From: Candidatus Harpocratesius repetitus
GTDB taxonomy: Archaea > Asgardarchaeota > Lokiarchaeia > Sigyniarchaeales > Promethearchaeaceae
Assembly (NCBI GenBank): GCA_021498095.1
Contig: JAIZWK010000001.1
Span: forward strand, 2,700,001-2,732,000
Length of the DNA stretch: 32,000 nt
Direction: 5' to 3'
Position numbers and translations under genes: made by a program. The notes under the pieces are model-generated. The model was not told the DNA's origin and made no database searches. It saw only the letters and a list, made by a program, of their open reading frames with translations. The first letter of the stretch is position 1. Every line of letters starts with the position of its first letter. Positions 15,945-24,329 of this stretch are shown here, piece after piece.

Positions 15945-17243
15945 ATGGGAACCATGGAAAAGAGCACTGATCTTGTGAATAAAATAAATAAAAATACTAG
16001 CGATATTACTAAGTATCTAACTGAGTTAAATTCAATTTTAGAAATGAAAGCCGAAATGTTGTGTAATGGGTTGGAAATATCTGAATCAACGATCAAACAA
16101 ATTCAATTAAAAGGTATTTCATTTGATTTTGGAAGAAAAGGAGGAGCAGGACCTGCAGGTGGGCGATATTTCAAATTTTCAAATGGTTCCATATCAAACA
16201 CACCATTATATCTCTCTCCATCAAATTATCCTAATTTTGAAATTGTTGATATTACATCTGATTTGAGAGTGATTTTAAAACGAAAAGAAACCCAATTATC
16301 CATAAATAATAATAAATTACCACATAAGGAAAAGTCTCAAAATGGACAAAATAGCTCAAATTTATCAAATTTAGAACTTTATTTGATTCCTACACCAAAA
16401 TTCTATTCTCTTTCAAACAAGGAAGGTATTCCATTTAAAAAAATTGCTTTAATGCATGGTAATCATACTTTAGCCACAACCGTACATCAACGCTGTCGCT
16501 ATTGGCGAGGGAATCAACAATGTAAATTTTGTGGACTAGAATTATCGCTGGAGCAGAACGCAACAATTGAGTTTAAAACTGCTGAACAGATAATTGAGAC
16601 AATTACGATGGCGAGGAAAGAAAATCCTGAATTTGTACGCCACTTAACTCTAACAATTGGGACACAACCAGAACTAGATAAAGGTATGCGCATTTATCAA
16701 TCAATAGTTCAAAAACTTCATCAACAATTCCCAAACATTCCTATCCATATTCAAATTGAGCCTATGCAAGATGTAAAATGGTATCAAATTTTAAAAGATG
16801 TGGGGACAAGTACAATTGGAATTCACTTGGAAATATTAGATGATATAGTTCGCCAGAAGATGTGTCCTGGAAAAAGTAAAATAACAAAAGAGGTATATTA
16901 TCAACATTGGAAAGAAGCAGTGCGTGTTTTTGAGCCAAATCAAGTAAGTACATTTATTATTACTGGTTTTGAAAAGGATATCGATAAATTTAAACAAGAA
17001 TTAGATAAAATATTACAAATTGGTGTTTTACCTGTAATAACACCAGTAAGAATTATTCCTGGAACAAATTTATCACCCCATCAGACTGATGTAAATAATT
17101 TTTTGGAGATTTTACGGTTTGCTGCTAAGAAATGCATTGAATACAATCTAGATCCTAGAAAAAATGTAGCAGGTTGTATTAGATGTGGGGGATGCAGCCC
17201 TTTAATCGATGCATACAAAATTGAAATTTTGAGAGAAAACTGA
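15945..17243 (+). CDS. Radical SAM protein, MSMEG_0568-like family
   Basis: GRKGGAGPAGG, PTPKFY, IPFKKIALMHG..LATTVHQRCRYW...QCKFC (CX8CX2C), IGIHLE, QVSTFIITG, and C-terminal AGCIRCGGCS. Confidence 0.8.
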   Translation: MGTMEKSTDLVNKINKNTSDITKYLTELNSILEMKAEMLCNGLEISESTIKQIQLKGISFDFGRKGGAGPAGGRYFKFSNGSISNTPLYLSPSNYPNFEIVDITSDLRVILKRKETQLSINNNKLPHKEKSQNGQNSSNLSNLELYLIPTPKFYSLSNKEGIPFKKIALMHGNHTLATTVHQRCRYWRGNQQCKFCGLELSLEQNATIEFKTAEQIIETITMARKENPEFVRHLTLTIGTQPELDKGMRIYQSIVQKLHQQFPNIPIHIQIEPMQDVKWYQILKDVGTSTIGIHLEILDDIVRQKMCPGKSKITKEVYYQHWKEAVRVFEPNQVSTFIITGFEKDIDKFKQELDKILQIGVLPVITPVRIIPGTNLSPHQTDVNNFLEILRFAAKKCIEYNLDPRKNVAGCIRCGGCSPLIDAYKIEILREN

Positions 17244-17285
17244 TTAATTTAATTAATTGATTGTTTTTTCAAAGCATTTATATAA

Positions 17286-18029
17286 TTATTTTGATGCAAT
17301 TTCTTCAAGAATAATCTTGTATTCTTCATTTAATTCATTTTCAGAAAGGTCATTTGATTGAATTCTTTTTTTTAGATTAAAGTAGAATTTTTCTAATATT
17401 TCTAAAACAGCTTTTTCTGAATATATTGGTCGAGTTTCTATATGAGTCGGTAAACGATCTTCCATAATGAAATTATCTACATTTTTCAATTCTCCATGTA
17501 TACCCATAAGTTCAATCAATCTATCACTAAATTCTCTTGTTAAGTGGTGTTCAAAATCGCAAGCAATTTTGTTTATTTGTTCAGGATTAGTCATTCCTAA
17601 AATACGGTTTAGGAAAATTTCCATTATACTATGGTAAAATACGACTTCTTTTGCTCGTTTTCGCCCAATATCGGTAAGACGAATTCCCCTTCGCGGTTTC
17701 CAATCAATTAATTGAGCTTTCGATAATTTTTCTAACATATTCGTAACAGATGGTGCTTTTACTTGAAGTCGTTTAGAAATTTGATTATTTTTTACCCACC
17801 CTGCGGGATTTCTTAATGAAAGACGGTAGATGCATTCAAGATATTCATCAAAACTTTCAGAATATTCAGAATTGCGAACAGTAATTCCTTTATAGGAAAT
17901 TTGAGAAGAATTCTTTTGTTCTGACAAAGAAGAAGGATTAGAGGAATCATTCTGTGATGATGAGGAAAATTGAGATGAAGAAGATGGAGTTTTTGAAGTG
18001 GAAGTTGATTTTGAATGCTTTTTCGTCAT
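17286..18029 (-). CDS. DtxR/MntR-family metal-dependent transcriptional regulator with Ser-rich N-terminal tail
   Basis: SESFDEYLECIYRL, ISKRLQVKAPSVTNMLEKL, GIRLTDIGRKRAKEVVFYHSIMEIFL and ACDFEHHL. Confidence 0.9.
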   Translation of the reverse strand: MTKKHSKSTSTSKTPSSSSQFSSSSQNDSSNPSSLSEQKNSSQISYKGITVRNSEYSESFDEYLECIYRLSLRNPAGWVKNNQISKRLQVKAPSVTNMLEKLSKAQLIDWKPRRGIRLTDIGRKRAKEVVFYHSIMEIFLNRILGMTNPEQINKIACDFEHHLTREFSDRLIELMGIHGELKNVDNFIMEDRLPTHIETRPIYSEKAVLEILEKFYFNLKKRIQSNDLSENELNEEYKIILEEIASK

Positions 18030-18087
18030 ATGATGATTTGAAATATTCCCATTTAAAAAAGATTTGTATTACAAAAATTAATTATTA

Positions 18088-18786
18088 TTAAGCAAAATAA
18101 TGGAATCCTCCATCTTTATAATCAAGAATCCCTTGGAATTTAAACCAATTTACTAACTCTTTAGTCTTAGCTAAGGCATATTCAACGCTTTTTTTTGGTA
18201 CGGAAGCAATTCCACAAGCTACAATTAGAATAGAATGGGTGGAATAGGTGATTTTTGTCAATTGAGAATCTCTGTAAGGAAATTGTGACAAAATGATATT
18301 ACGAGAATCAGTCAATATAAGCGTATCTATAGGTAATTTTACCGTTTTTTTTCCTATTGGAGTAAATCTTTCTCCAGTTAGGGAAAATCTAAGTTGTAGA
18401 GGTGGTTGAATTTGATCAACATCATATGCACCCATTGGAATAAAAGAAAGCGCGCTAGCCCAATTATAAGCATCAACAACAGGAGATATCTTTGGAAGCG
18501 ATTTTTTCCTGATAATACGGCGAACTAAAGCTTCACTTGAAGGACGTATTTTAGTGGGATCAACATGTAACTGCCGCCAGTAAAATCTACGATAAGCTTG
18601 AAAAATTGGTTGATTTTTAACTTCTTCAATGCTCATTTCTTGATTGATTTGTTGATTTATAGATGAAGTAATTGGCGAAAAATCATAGTCATGTTTAAAA
18701 ATACGAAGATCGTTGATTTCCCAAGTTATAAGAAAAAGATTCTCATCTTGTTGATGTAATTGTTGTGAAAATTCAATTGATATCAT
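18088..18786 (-). CDS. B3/B4 domain (PheRS-beta editing-like) protein
   Basis: AYRRFYW...VDPTKIRPSSEALVRR, LPKISPVVDAYNWAS, PMGAYDVDQI and FPYRDSQLTKIT. Confidence 0.88.
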   Translation of the reverse strand: MISIEFSQQLHQQDENLFLITWEINDLRIFKHDYDFSPITSSINQQINQEMSIEEVKNQPIFQAYRRFYWRQLHVDPTKIRPSSEALVRRIIRKKSLPKISPVVDAYNWASALSFIPMGAYDVDQIQPPLQLRFSLTGERFTPIGKKTVKLPIDTLILTDSRNIILSQFPYRDSQLTKITYSTHSILIVACGIASVPKKSVEYALAKTKELVNWFKFQGILDYKDGGFHYFA

Positions 18787-18809
18787 AGTTATCGTTACTG
18801 TAATCGTTT

Positions 18810-20081
18810 TTAGAGTAATTCTTTAATTTTTTCTATTGGCTCTCGATCATACAAGAAATAATCAAATGCATCTTGGAATTTCCGTATAATTAACCGGGGA
18901 TTTCCTTGTGTCTTTTCATAAATCAAGCGAAAAAAATCAGAATCCCATGGAAAATATTCAGATATTTTTGAAAATTGTAATCCTTTTTGTTTGCAATATT
19001 CCTTAATTGCTGATTCATAATATTTCTTTAAATCATTCATAGAAAATGGAAACAATATGATTGAAGTAATAGATTCTGTAATATCAGTAATAGGATCGAA
19101 ATAAGCCATTATTTCGGCTTCATTTTTAGGTTTAATTGTAAAAACTAAATGAATATTGGGAAAAACAGTAAAAAGTTGATATAAATCTTGGAAAAAGTCA
19201 GGAATCTTGCTTAAATTTAAAGCCCGATTTTCTTCATTGATCGGACTTTTTTGACTTTTTTGATTTTCTAATCTCGACGATTCTTGATTTACTTCAGTAG
19301 ATTGAAGTGAAGATGAAGGTAATGTCCAATCATCTTCAATATATCGTGGATTATTATAACGAGCCCATGATTCATCCAAATCATCAATGATTAGTAATAA
19401 ACCTTCAGGAATAAAATTTAAAAGAAGTTTTAACAGCTCCATTGCAACAAATTCTGCATTTAAATTGAAAGATAATCCTAAATAGTAAAGTTCGTCTGGA
19501 TCCATGACTTCTCCAAGTAACCATCGTTCGGCAGAATGAGACTTGTCTGGATCTATTGCATGAGTAATTAAACTTCGCATAACATCTTCCAATTCATTTT
19601 TATGTTGACTATGAAGAAATTCGGGACTTTCTTTGGCACGTGCAAGCACTCTTTCAACATTACTTGTTCGAAAAAGGCCATATTTCTTTTCTTGTGCACC
19701 CCAGAGATCAGAAATCTGAATTGATAAATCACGAAGACGTTCTGCACCAAGATTTTCAACTAATTCTGTATAAAGATTATAATAAAAAAATTTTGACTCT
19801 TCAGGTATTTCTAAAAATACTGGAATTGATTTGATCTCTAAAGATTTCCGAAGTTGCCAGCATAAATGAGTTTTTCCAAATCCTACTTTTCCAACAATTG
19901 GGATTATTACATTTTTTTTTGCATTAAGAAGTAAGTCGGCGATATTCTCAATGATATATCTTCGATCGGGAACTAGAGGAAGATTTTCTTCGATATCCAT
20001 CTTTGCGACAAACTTTTCGAAAGGTCCTAATGATGTTTGAAGATGGTGAAGAAATGCTTTCTCAGTTTCCGAATATTCCAT
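18810..20081 (-). CDS. P-loop ATPase of unknown function (possibly DUF2791/BrxD-like)
   Basis: Walker A GKVGFGKT, Walker B LLLIIDDLDE, AERWLLGE, and C-terminal TQGNPRLII. Confidence 0.75.
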   Translation of the reverse strand: MEYSETEKAFLHHLQTSLGPFEKFVAKMDIEENLPLVPDRRYIIENIADLLLNAKKNVIIPIVGKVGFGKTHLCWQLRKSLEIKSIPVFLEIPEESKFFYYNLYTELVENLGAERLRDLSIQISDLWGAQEKKYGLFRTSNVERVLARAKESPEFLHSQHKNELEDVMRSLITHAIDPDKSHSAERWLLGEVMDPDELYYLGLSFNLNAEFVAMELLKLLLNFIPEGLLLIIDDLDESWARYNNPRYIEDDWTLPSSSLQSTEVNQESSRLENQKSQKSPINEENRALNLSKIPDFFQDLYQLFTVFPNIHLVFTIKPKNEAEIMAYFDPITDITESITSIILFPFSMNDLKKYYESAIKEYCKQKGLQFSKISEYFPWDSDFFRLIYEKTQGNPRLIIRKFQDAFDYFLYDREPIEKIKELL

Positions 20082-20161
20082 AAGTAATTCATATTCTCAA
20101 GCGCTAAAAATATATAGGTAAGGGATAATTAAGAAGACTTATTGTAGGAGAAAACATCATA

Positions 20162-20911
20162 ATGGAGACAGAAGAAATCCCCGATCCTATAGTGATCTAT
20201 GATAAATATGCCAAAATATCTCATCCTGGGGAATATAAAGGCGGATTGATAATAAAATTACAAAATCAAATTGTTAAAATGATTTTCTCCGATCATGTAA
20301 TATTAACAGAAAATTCAATAGACATTTCAGGATTGGCTGTAGGAATCCGTAACGGACGCGGATTTTCCTCTGAACAAAATTTGCATTTAAATTCTTTTAA
20401 TGATATAATCTATATTGTCCGTTTGGAACCTGAAATTATTAAAGAATTTGATAATGCCCGATTTTCAGCAATTTATCCAAATATCGTACGCTTAATGCAT
20501 ACTGCTTTACTTTATCATAAATTAGGTTATCGAATAATTGATCATTTAGATTTTGTAGCAGGTGAAATTTTACACCGACCAGTAGCCATTTTAAAGAATC
20601 ATGGATTAATTATCGGGGACCGATTGGTAGGAGATGAAGATATGCATTTAGTCTTCTATGACTGTATTATCATAGGAGGTATACCATATATGGATGAAAA
20701 GGAAAAAGATTTAGATAAATCTGATAAATCAATTGAATCAGAACAAAAGATCCAAGATCCAAGATTCGATGAACATCAATTAGAAAATTCAGATAATATT
20801 CCAAAATCAGCTTCCCTTGAATCAAATATCTTAATTTCTTATGAACATTTCATGATGTTTCCAATTGAGCAGATTGAAACGATATTTTTGCTGGGAACGG
20901 AGAATTTTTAA
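20162..20911 (+). CDS. Hypothetical protein
   Basis: 249-aa ORF divergent from the ATPase gene, with a charged low-complexity insert. No family recognised. Confidence 0.65.
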   Translation: METEEIPDPIVIYDKYAKISHPGEYKGGLIIKLQNQIVKMIFSDHVILTENSIDISGLAVGIRNGRGFSSEQNLHLNSFNDIIYIVRLEPEIIKEFDNARFSAIYPNIVRLMHTALLYHKLGYRIIDHLDFVAGEILHRPVAILKNHGLIIGDRLVGDEDMHLVFYDCIIIGGIPYMDEKEKDLDKSDKSIESEQKIQDPRFDEHQLENSDNIPKSASLESNILISYEHFMMFPIEQIETIFLLGTENF

Positions 20912-20948
20912 ATATTCTTTATTAAAAAATTTTTATCATCATCATTTC

Positions 20949-21791
20949 TTAAAGAAAGAAATCTTCTTGATTTTTATAAAACGCTTCAATTAGCGCATTA
21001 CCTGTTAATTCCTCATCACACACAATTTGCTCTATTCCTAATCTCTTCAAATGTTTAATATTTTCTTCATTTTGTAAATTAACACTTATTCTTACATCAA
21101 TATTTAGACTTTGAATAGTCATTGCAATCAAAACGGCTTCAGCATCATCTTCAACAACAATAATTGTTTGTTGTGCTTTTTCAATTCCAGCTCTTTTTAA
21201 TATTCGTTCTTCTTCAGGATTTCCTCTAATAAATTCAACAACTTTTGGTAAATCAAACGGTCGGTCTGTAATATCTGAAATTAAAACATAATTATGATCT
21301 CCGCCAAGATCACCAGGTAAATTCCTAAGAAAATGTCGTACTTTTGGATTCCAACCTATCAAAATAATATGATTTGAGAATTTAATTTCACGATCCCCCT
21401 TTAATTTTTGAAAAATATGAACATATACAAATTCTACGAATAATAAAGTGATACCTAAACCAATCCACATAAAAATAGTGGTTAATAGCCATGTTCTGAT
21501 ACTACTTGGTGGAACTAAGCCAGAACCAGTATTGGTTAATGTATCTGTCGCCCAATATAAGCCTAAATAATAAGGAATTCCTTCAAGAGAAGAATAAATT
21601 GCAGCTAATATCAGATTTAATGAAAATACAATTATAAATACTTTTAACATTAAACTCCGTGCAATAAATTTCCCAAGTATAATCAATCGCTTCTTAAATT
21701 CTGAAGTTTTTGAATTCATATTTCCTTTTTTAGGTGATGAAAGTTTTTTATTACTTTCTGTTGAAGGATATCTTTCTCTCGATTTAGGCAT
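20949..21791 (-). CDS. Two-TM potassium-channel-like protein with RCK (TrkA_N) domain
   Basis: TM1, then pore helix YWATDTLTNTGSGLVPP, then TM2. RCK domain: NHIILIGWN, FIRGNPEEERILKRAGIEKAQQTIIV, DAEAVLIAMTI. Confidence 0.88.
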   Translation of the reverse strand: MPKSRERYPSTESNKKLSSPKKGNMNSKTSEFKKRLIILGKFIARSLMLKVFIIVFSLNLILAAIYSSLEGIPYYLGLYWATDTLTNTGSGLVPPSSIRTWLLTTIFMWIGLGITLLFVEFVYVHIFQKLKGDREIKFSNHIILIGWNPKVRHFLRNLPGDLGGDHNYVLISDITDRPFDLPKVVEFIRGNPEEERILKRAGIEKAQQTIIVVEDDAEAVLIAMTIQSLNIDVRISVNLQNEENIKHLKRLGIEQIVCDEELTGNALIEAFYKNQEDFFL

Positions 21792-21917
21792 AAATCTTCT
21801 CTTCTATTATAGGGTATTGATTTAAATGTTGATATAAAAAAAAATTGTTTTCCTTTAGATTCTTTGGTTCACTTGAATTCACCTATAAATTCAACTTCTG
21901 ATATATTTAAGAAATCA

Positions 21918-24215
21918 CTAACGTTTTACACATTTCCCCTTAACTATATAAAAAGATTTGCAATTACTACAAAATCCTTCACCAGTTTGATTATTCAAGC
22001 CATGAGTCCAACAAAGAGGACAGATATAATAATAAAAACGATGACCATTTTTTGAAGTGCTAATTTTTACGATGTTAAAAGAGCATATAGAACAAGTTGC
22101 TTTTAGTAAATGTGGAGTTCCTTTTTTTGGCAAACTTAAATATGTTTGGCATTTGGGATCTTCGCATACTAAGAACTTCTTCTTTTTTTGAGGACTTATT
22201 ACTAATTTCATATGATGAGTTTTACATTTTGGGCAAAATGAAGTTGATAAAGCAGGTGTCGAACCTTTTTTTTGAGATGAAATTATATTTGTATTTGTAT
22301 TTGTATTTAAGTTTGCATTTGTTGATGAACTACTTTTTTGTTTAGAAGAAGTGATTATCTTATTATTTCTACCTCTAATTATATTGCCTGTGCTTTGAAT
22401 CGGCTGAATCTTCGAAACAATTTGTGATTTTTGAGCTCGAAATAAATCGAATAACTTTAAAAATTCTAATTTAATGGAATCTACTACATCATTATATTTT
22501 ATTTGCTGATTCTTTACTTCTTCTAATAATTTTTCCACTTTAGCGGTAAAAGATGGTTCTAAAAATGGTTTCCAAATGTTTTTAAGCGCATCAATTAATA
22601 AAAATCCAAAATCCATTAAATATATAGATCTTCCTTTGCGTTGTATATAGCTTCGATCAATTAAAATTTGTATAATCGCAGGTCGGGTAGATTTGGTTCC
22701 AAGATTTTTTTGCTCCATTAATTGTAGTAAACTTGTATCAGTATAACGAGGTGGTGGCTGAGTTTCTTTCTCTTCAAAATTAATCTTATTAATAGGAAAT
22801 TTAGGTTTTTTCAAGTTTGGATCAATATATTGAGTTATCATTGGCATTGGAGCTGAATATTTTGGGGAAAGAAATGGTGCAATAATGTAAAATCCTTGTT
22901 TTAATAAAGTTTTGAATTGTCCAAGAAATTTCTCTCCCTTAATATCGAATAATACCCGTGTTTCAGATTCTTCAGCTTTTTCACCAAACAATGCTAAATA
23001 ATGTCGAGTAATAAGATTATACACTTGTTCTTGCAGTTTATTTTCAAAAACATTAGCTGATGGTTCAAGTGATTTTAGGGGACTTATTGGAGAATGATCT
23101 CCTGCATTTTTGCGTCCTTGTCGAGGGTTTATCCGGTTATTTTTGAATAAATCTCTAGTATAACCTCCGTAAAGCGAATGTGTTAAGAATTTTTGAAGTA
23201 CGCTTTTATGATCATAATTTGGAGAATAAACATCGGAATCTGTTCGAGGATATGTGATTAATTTGTTTAAATATAAATCTTCCAAGGTTTTTAGAGCTTG
23301 TTTGGCGGTGATTTTAAGATTTTTTGTAATTAATTGGAGTGCTCGGGAAGTATTCAAAGGTGTGGGCGGTAATATTTTCTTAGTTTTCATTGAAATTTGC
23401 TCTAATTGTGCAAATTTTTCATTAGATATTGTGTTATATATTCTTTCTGCAATTTTTTTATCAATAAAATTATTATTTTGATGATTTACACGTAAATTTC
23501 TATTTCCAATCTTAAGATCTGCAGAAATACTCCAAAATGGAGTAGGTTTAAAGTTTCTTATTATATCCTCCCGTAAATAAATAAGGTATAGTAGAGAGGT
23601 TTGGACACGCCCAATAGATGCAAATTTAATGTTAAGGGAATTTAGTATGTTTTTCAAAGTCAAAGAAACTTCTCTTGTGGCCGAAAAACCAATAATTGCA
23701 TCAATTTGAGCCCTTGCTTCACCAGAAAATGCCCATGACCATTTTGGAGGAATCAATTGGTTGAAAGCTTGTTGAATTGTCTTTTTTTGAAGATCATTTA
23801 GCCATAATTGTGCCAGTTTTATCTGCGGATTAGCTTGCTTAACAAAAGGAATAGCATCCATTAATCCAATATTACAACCTTCAACATCGGCATCTGTTCC
23901 AATAATACACGTATCACATTTTTTTCCATATTGTTTCAGAGCTGAAATATAAGCACCTGCATAAGTAGTGGGAATTTTTGCAATTGCATGGGGATCGGTT
24001 ATAATATCTCGAGGATCTTTGGCGGTCCATTTTTTATATGGAGCAGTATTTTCATATTGTTGAATATGTCCCCGTAAAGGTAAAACATATATATTTCTTG
24101 AAGGAATTTGATAAACAGATACTAATTTATTCACTTGCACTTTTTTTGTTTGTCCCAATGCTTCAGCAATTGCTTGTGCTGCTTTATTTTTCTCAGAAAT
24201 GATTAAAGTGCTCAT
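21918..24215 (-). CDS. topA: Type IA DNA topoisomerase (topoisomerase III-like) with C-terminal Zn ribbons
   Basis: TOPRIM: LIISEKNKAAQAIA and IGTDADVEG. Also SIGRVQTSLL, active site LITYPRTDS, DHSPISP, MEQKNLGTKSTR, and C-terminal CPKC..CEDPKC..CSIC..CPLC..CSNC. Confidence 0.95.
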   Translation of the reverse strand: MSTLIISEKNKAAQAIAEALGQTKKVQVNKLVSVYQIPSRNIYVLPLRGHIQQYENTAPYKKWTAKDPRDIITDPHAIAKIPTTYAGAYISALKQYGKKCDTCIIGTDADVEGCNIGLMDAIPFVKQANPQIKLAQLWLNDLQKKTIQQAFNQLIPPKWSWAFSGEARAQIDAIIGFSATREVSLTLKNILNSLNIKFASIGRVQTSLLYLIYLREDIIRNFKPTPFWSISADLKIGNRNLRVNHQNNNFIDKKIAERIYNTISNEKFAQLEQISMKTKKILPPTPLNTSRALQLITKNLKITAKQALKTLEDLYLNKLITYPRTDSDVYSPNYDHKSVLQKFLTHSLYGGYTRDLFKNNRINPRQGRKNAGDHSPISPLKSLEPSANVFENKLQEQVYNLITRHYLALFGEKAEESETRVLFDIKGEKFLGQFKTLLKQGFYIIAPFLSPKYSAPMPMITQYIDPNLKKPKFPINKINFEEKETQPPPRYTDTSLLQLMEQKNLGTKSTRPAIIQILIDRSYIQRKGRSIYLMDFGFLLIDALKNIWKPFLEPSFTAKVEKLLEEVKNQQIKYNDVVDSIKLEFLKLFDLFRAQKSQIVSKIQPIQSTGNIIRGRNNKIITSSKQKSSSSTNANLNTNTNTNIISSQKKGSTPALSTSFCPKCKTHHMKLVISPQKKKKFLVCEDPKCQTYLSLPKKGTPHLLKATCSICSFNIVKISTSKNGHRFYYYICPLCWTHGLNNQTGEGFCSNCKSFYIVKGKCVKR
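22286..22308. repeat. (TATTTG)x3.8 in-frame microsatellite encoding NTNTNTN in the topoisomerase linker
   Basis: Read directly. It matches SSSSTNANLNTNTNTNIISS in the protein. Confidence 0.8.
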
Positions 24216-24239
24216 TAATTTATAAACTCCAAGATCCTT

Positions 24240-24329
24240 TTTTTTAATCTAATTTTTTAATCTAATTTTTTAATCTAATTTTTTAATCTAATTTTTTAAT
24301 CTAATTTTTTAATCTAATTTTTTATCTAA
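24240..24329. repeat. 13-bp tandem repeat TTTTTTAATCTAA x6 plus one 12-bp variant that contains the helicase stop codon
   Basis: Perfect copies start at 24240, 24253, 24266, 24279, 24292 and 24305. The variant TTTTTTATCTAA is at 24318-24329 and includes CTA (24326-24328), the TAG stop on the minus strand. Confidence 0.92.

Noticed and set aside
35-23481. Short overlapping track ORFs (35-232, 3672-3875, 3954-4154, 4209-4397, 5595-5780, 7189-7446, 7720-7908, 8667-8852, 9970-10155, 10243-10488, 14599-14838, 16762-16953, 19568-19759, 19640-19834, 21864-22055, 22097-22345, 23254-23481)
   Set aside because: They are antisense or out-of-frame shadows of well-supported genes, or AT-rich intergenic ORFs. 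They have F/I/L-biased composition and no recognisable motifs.
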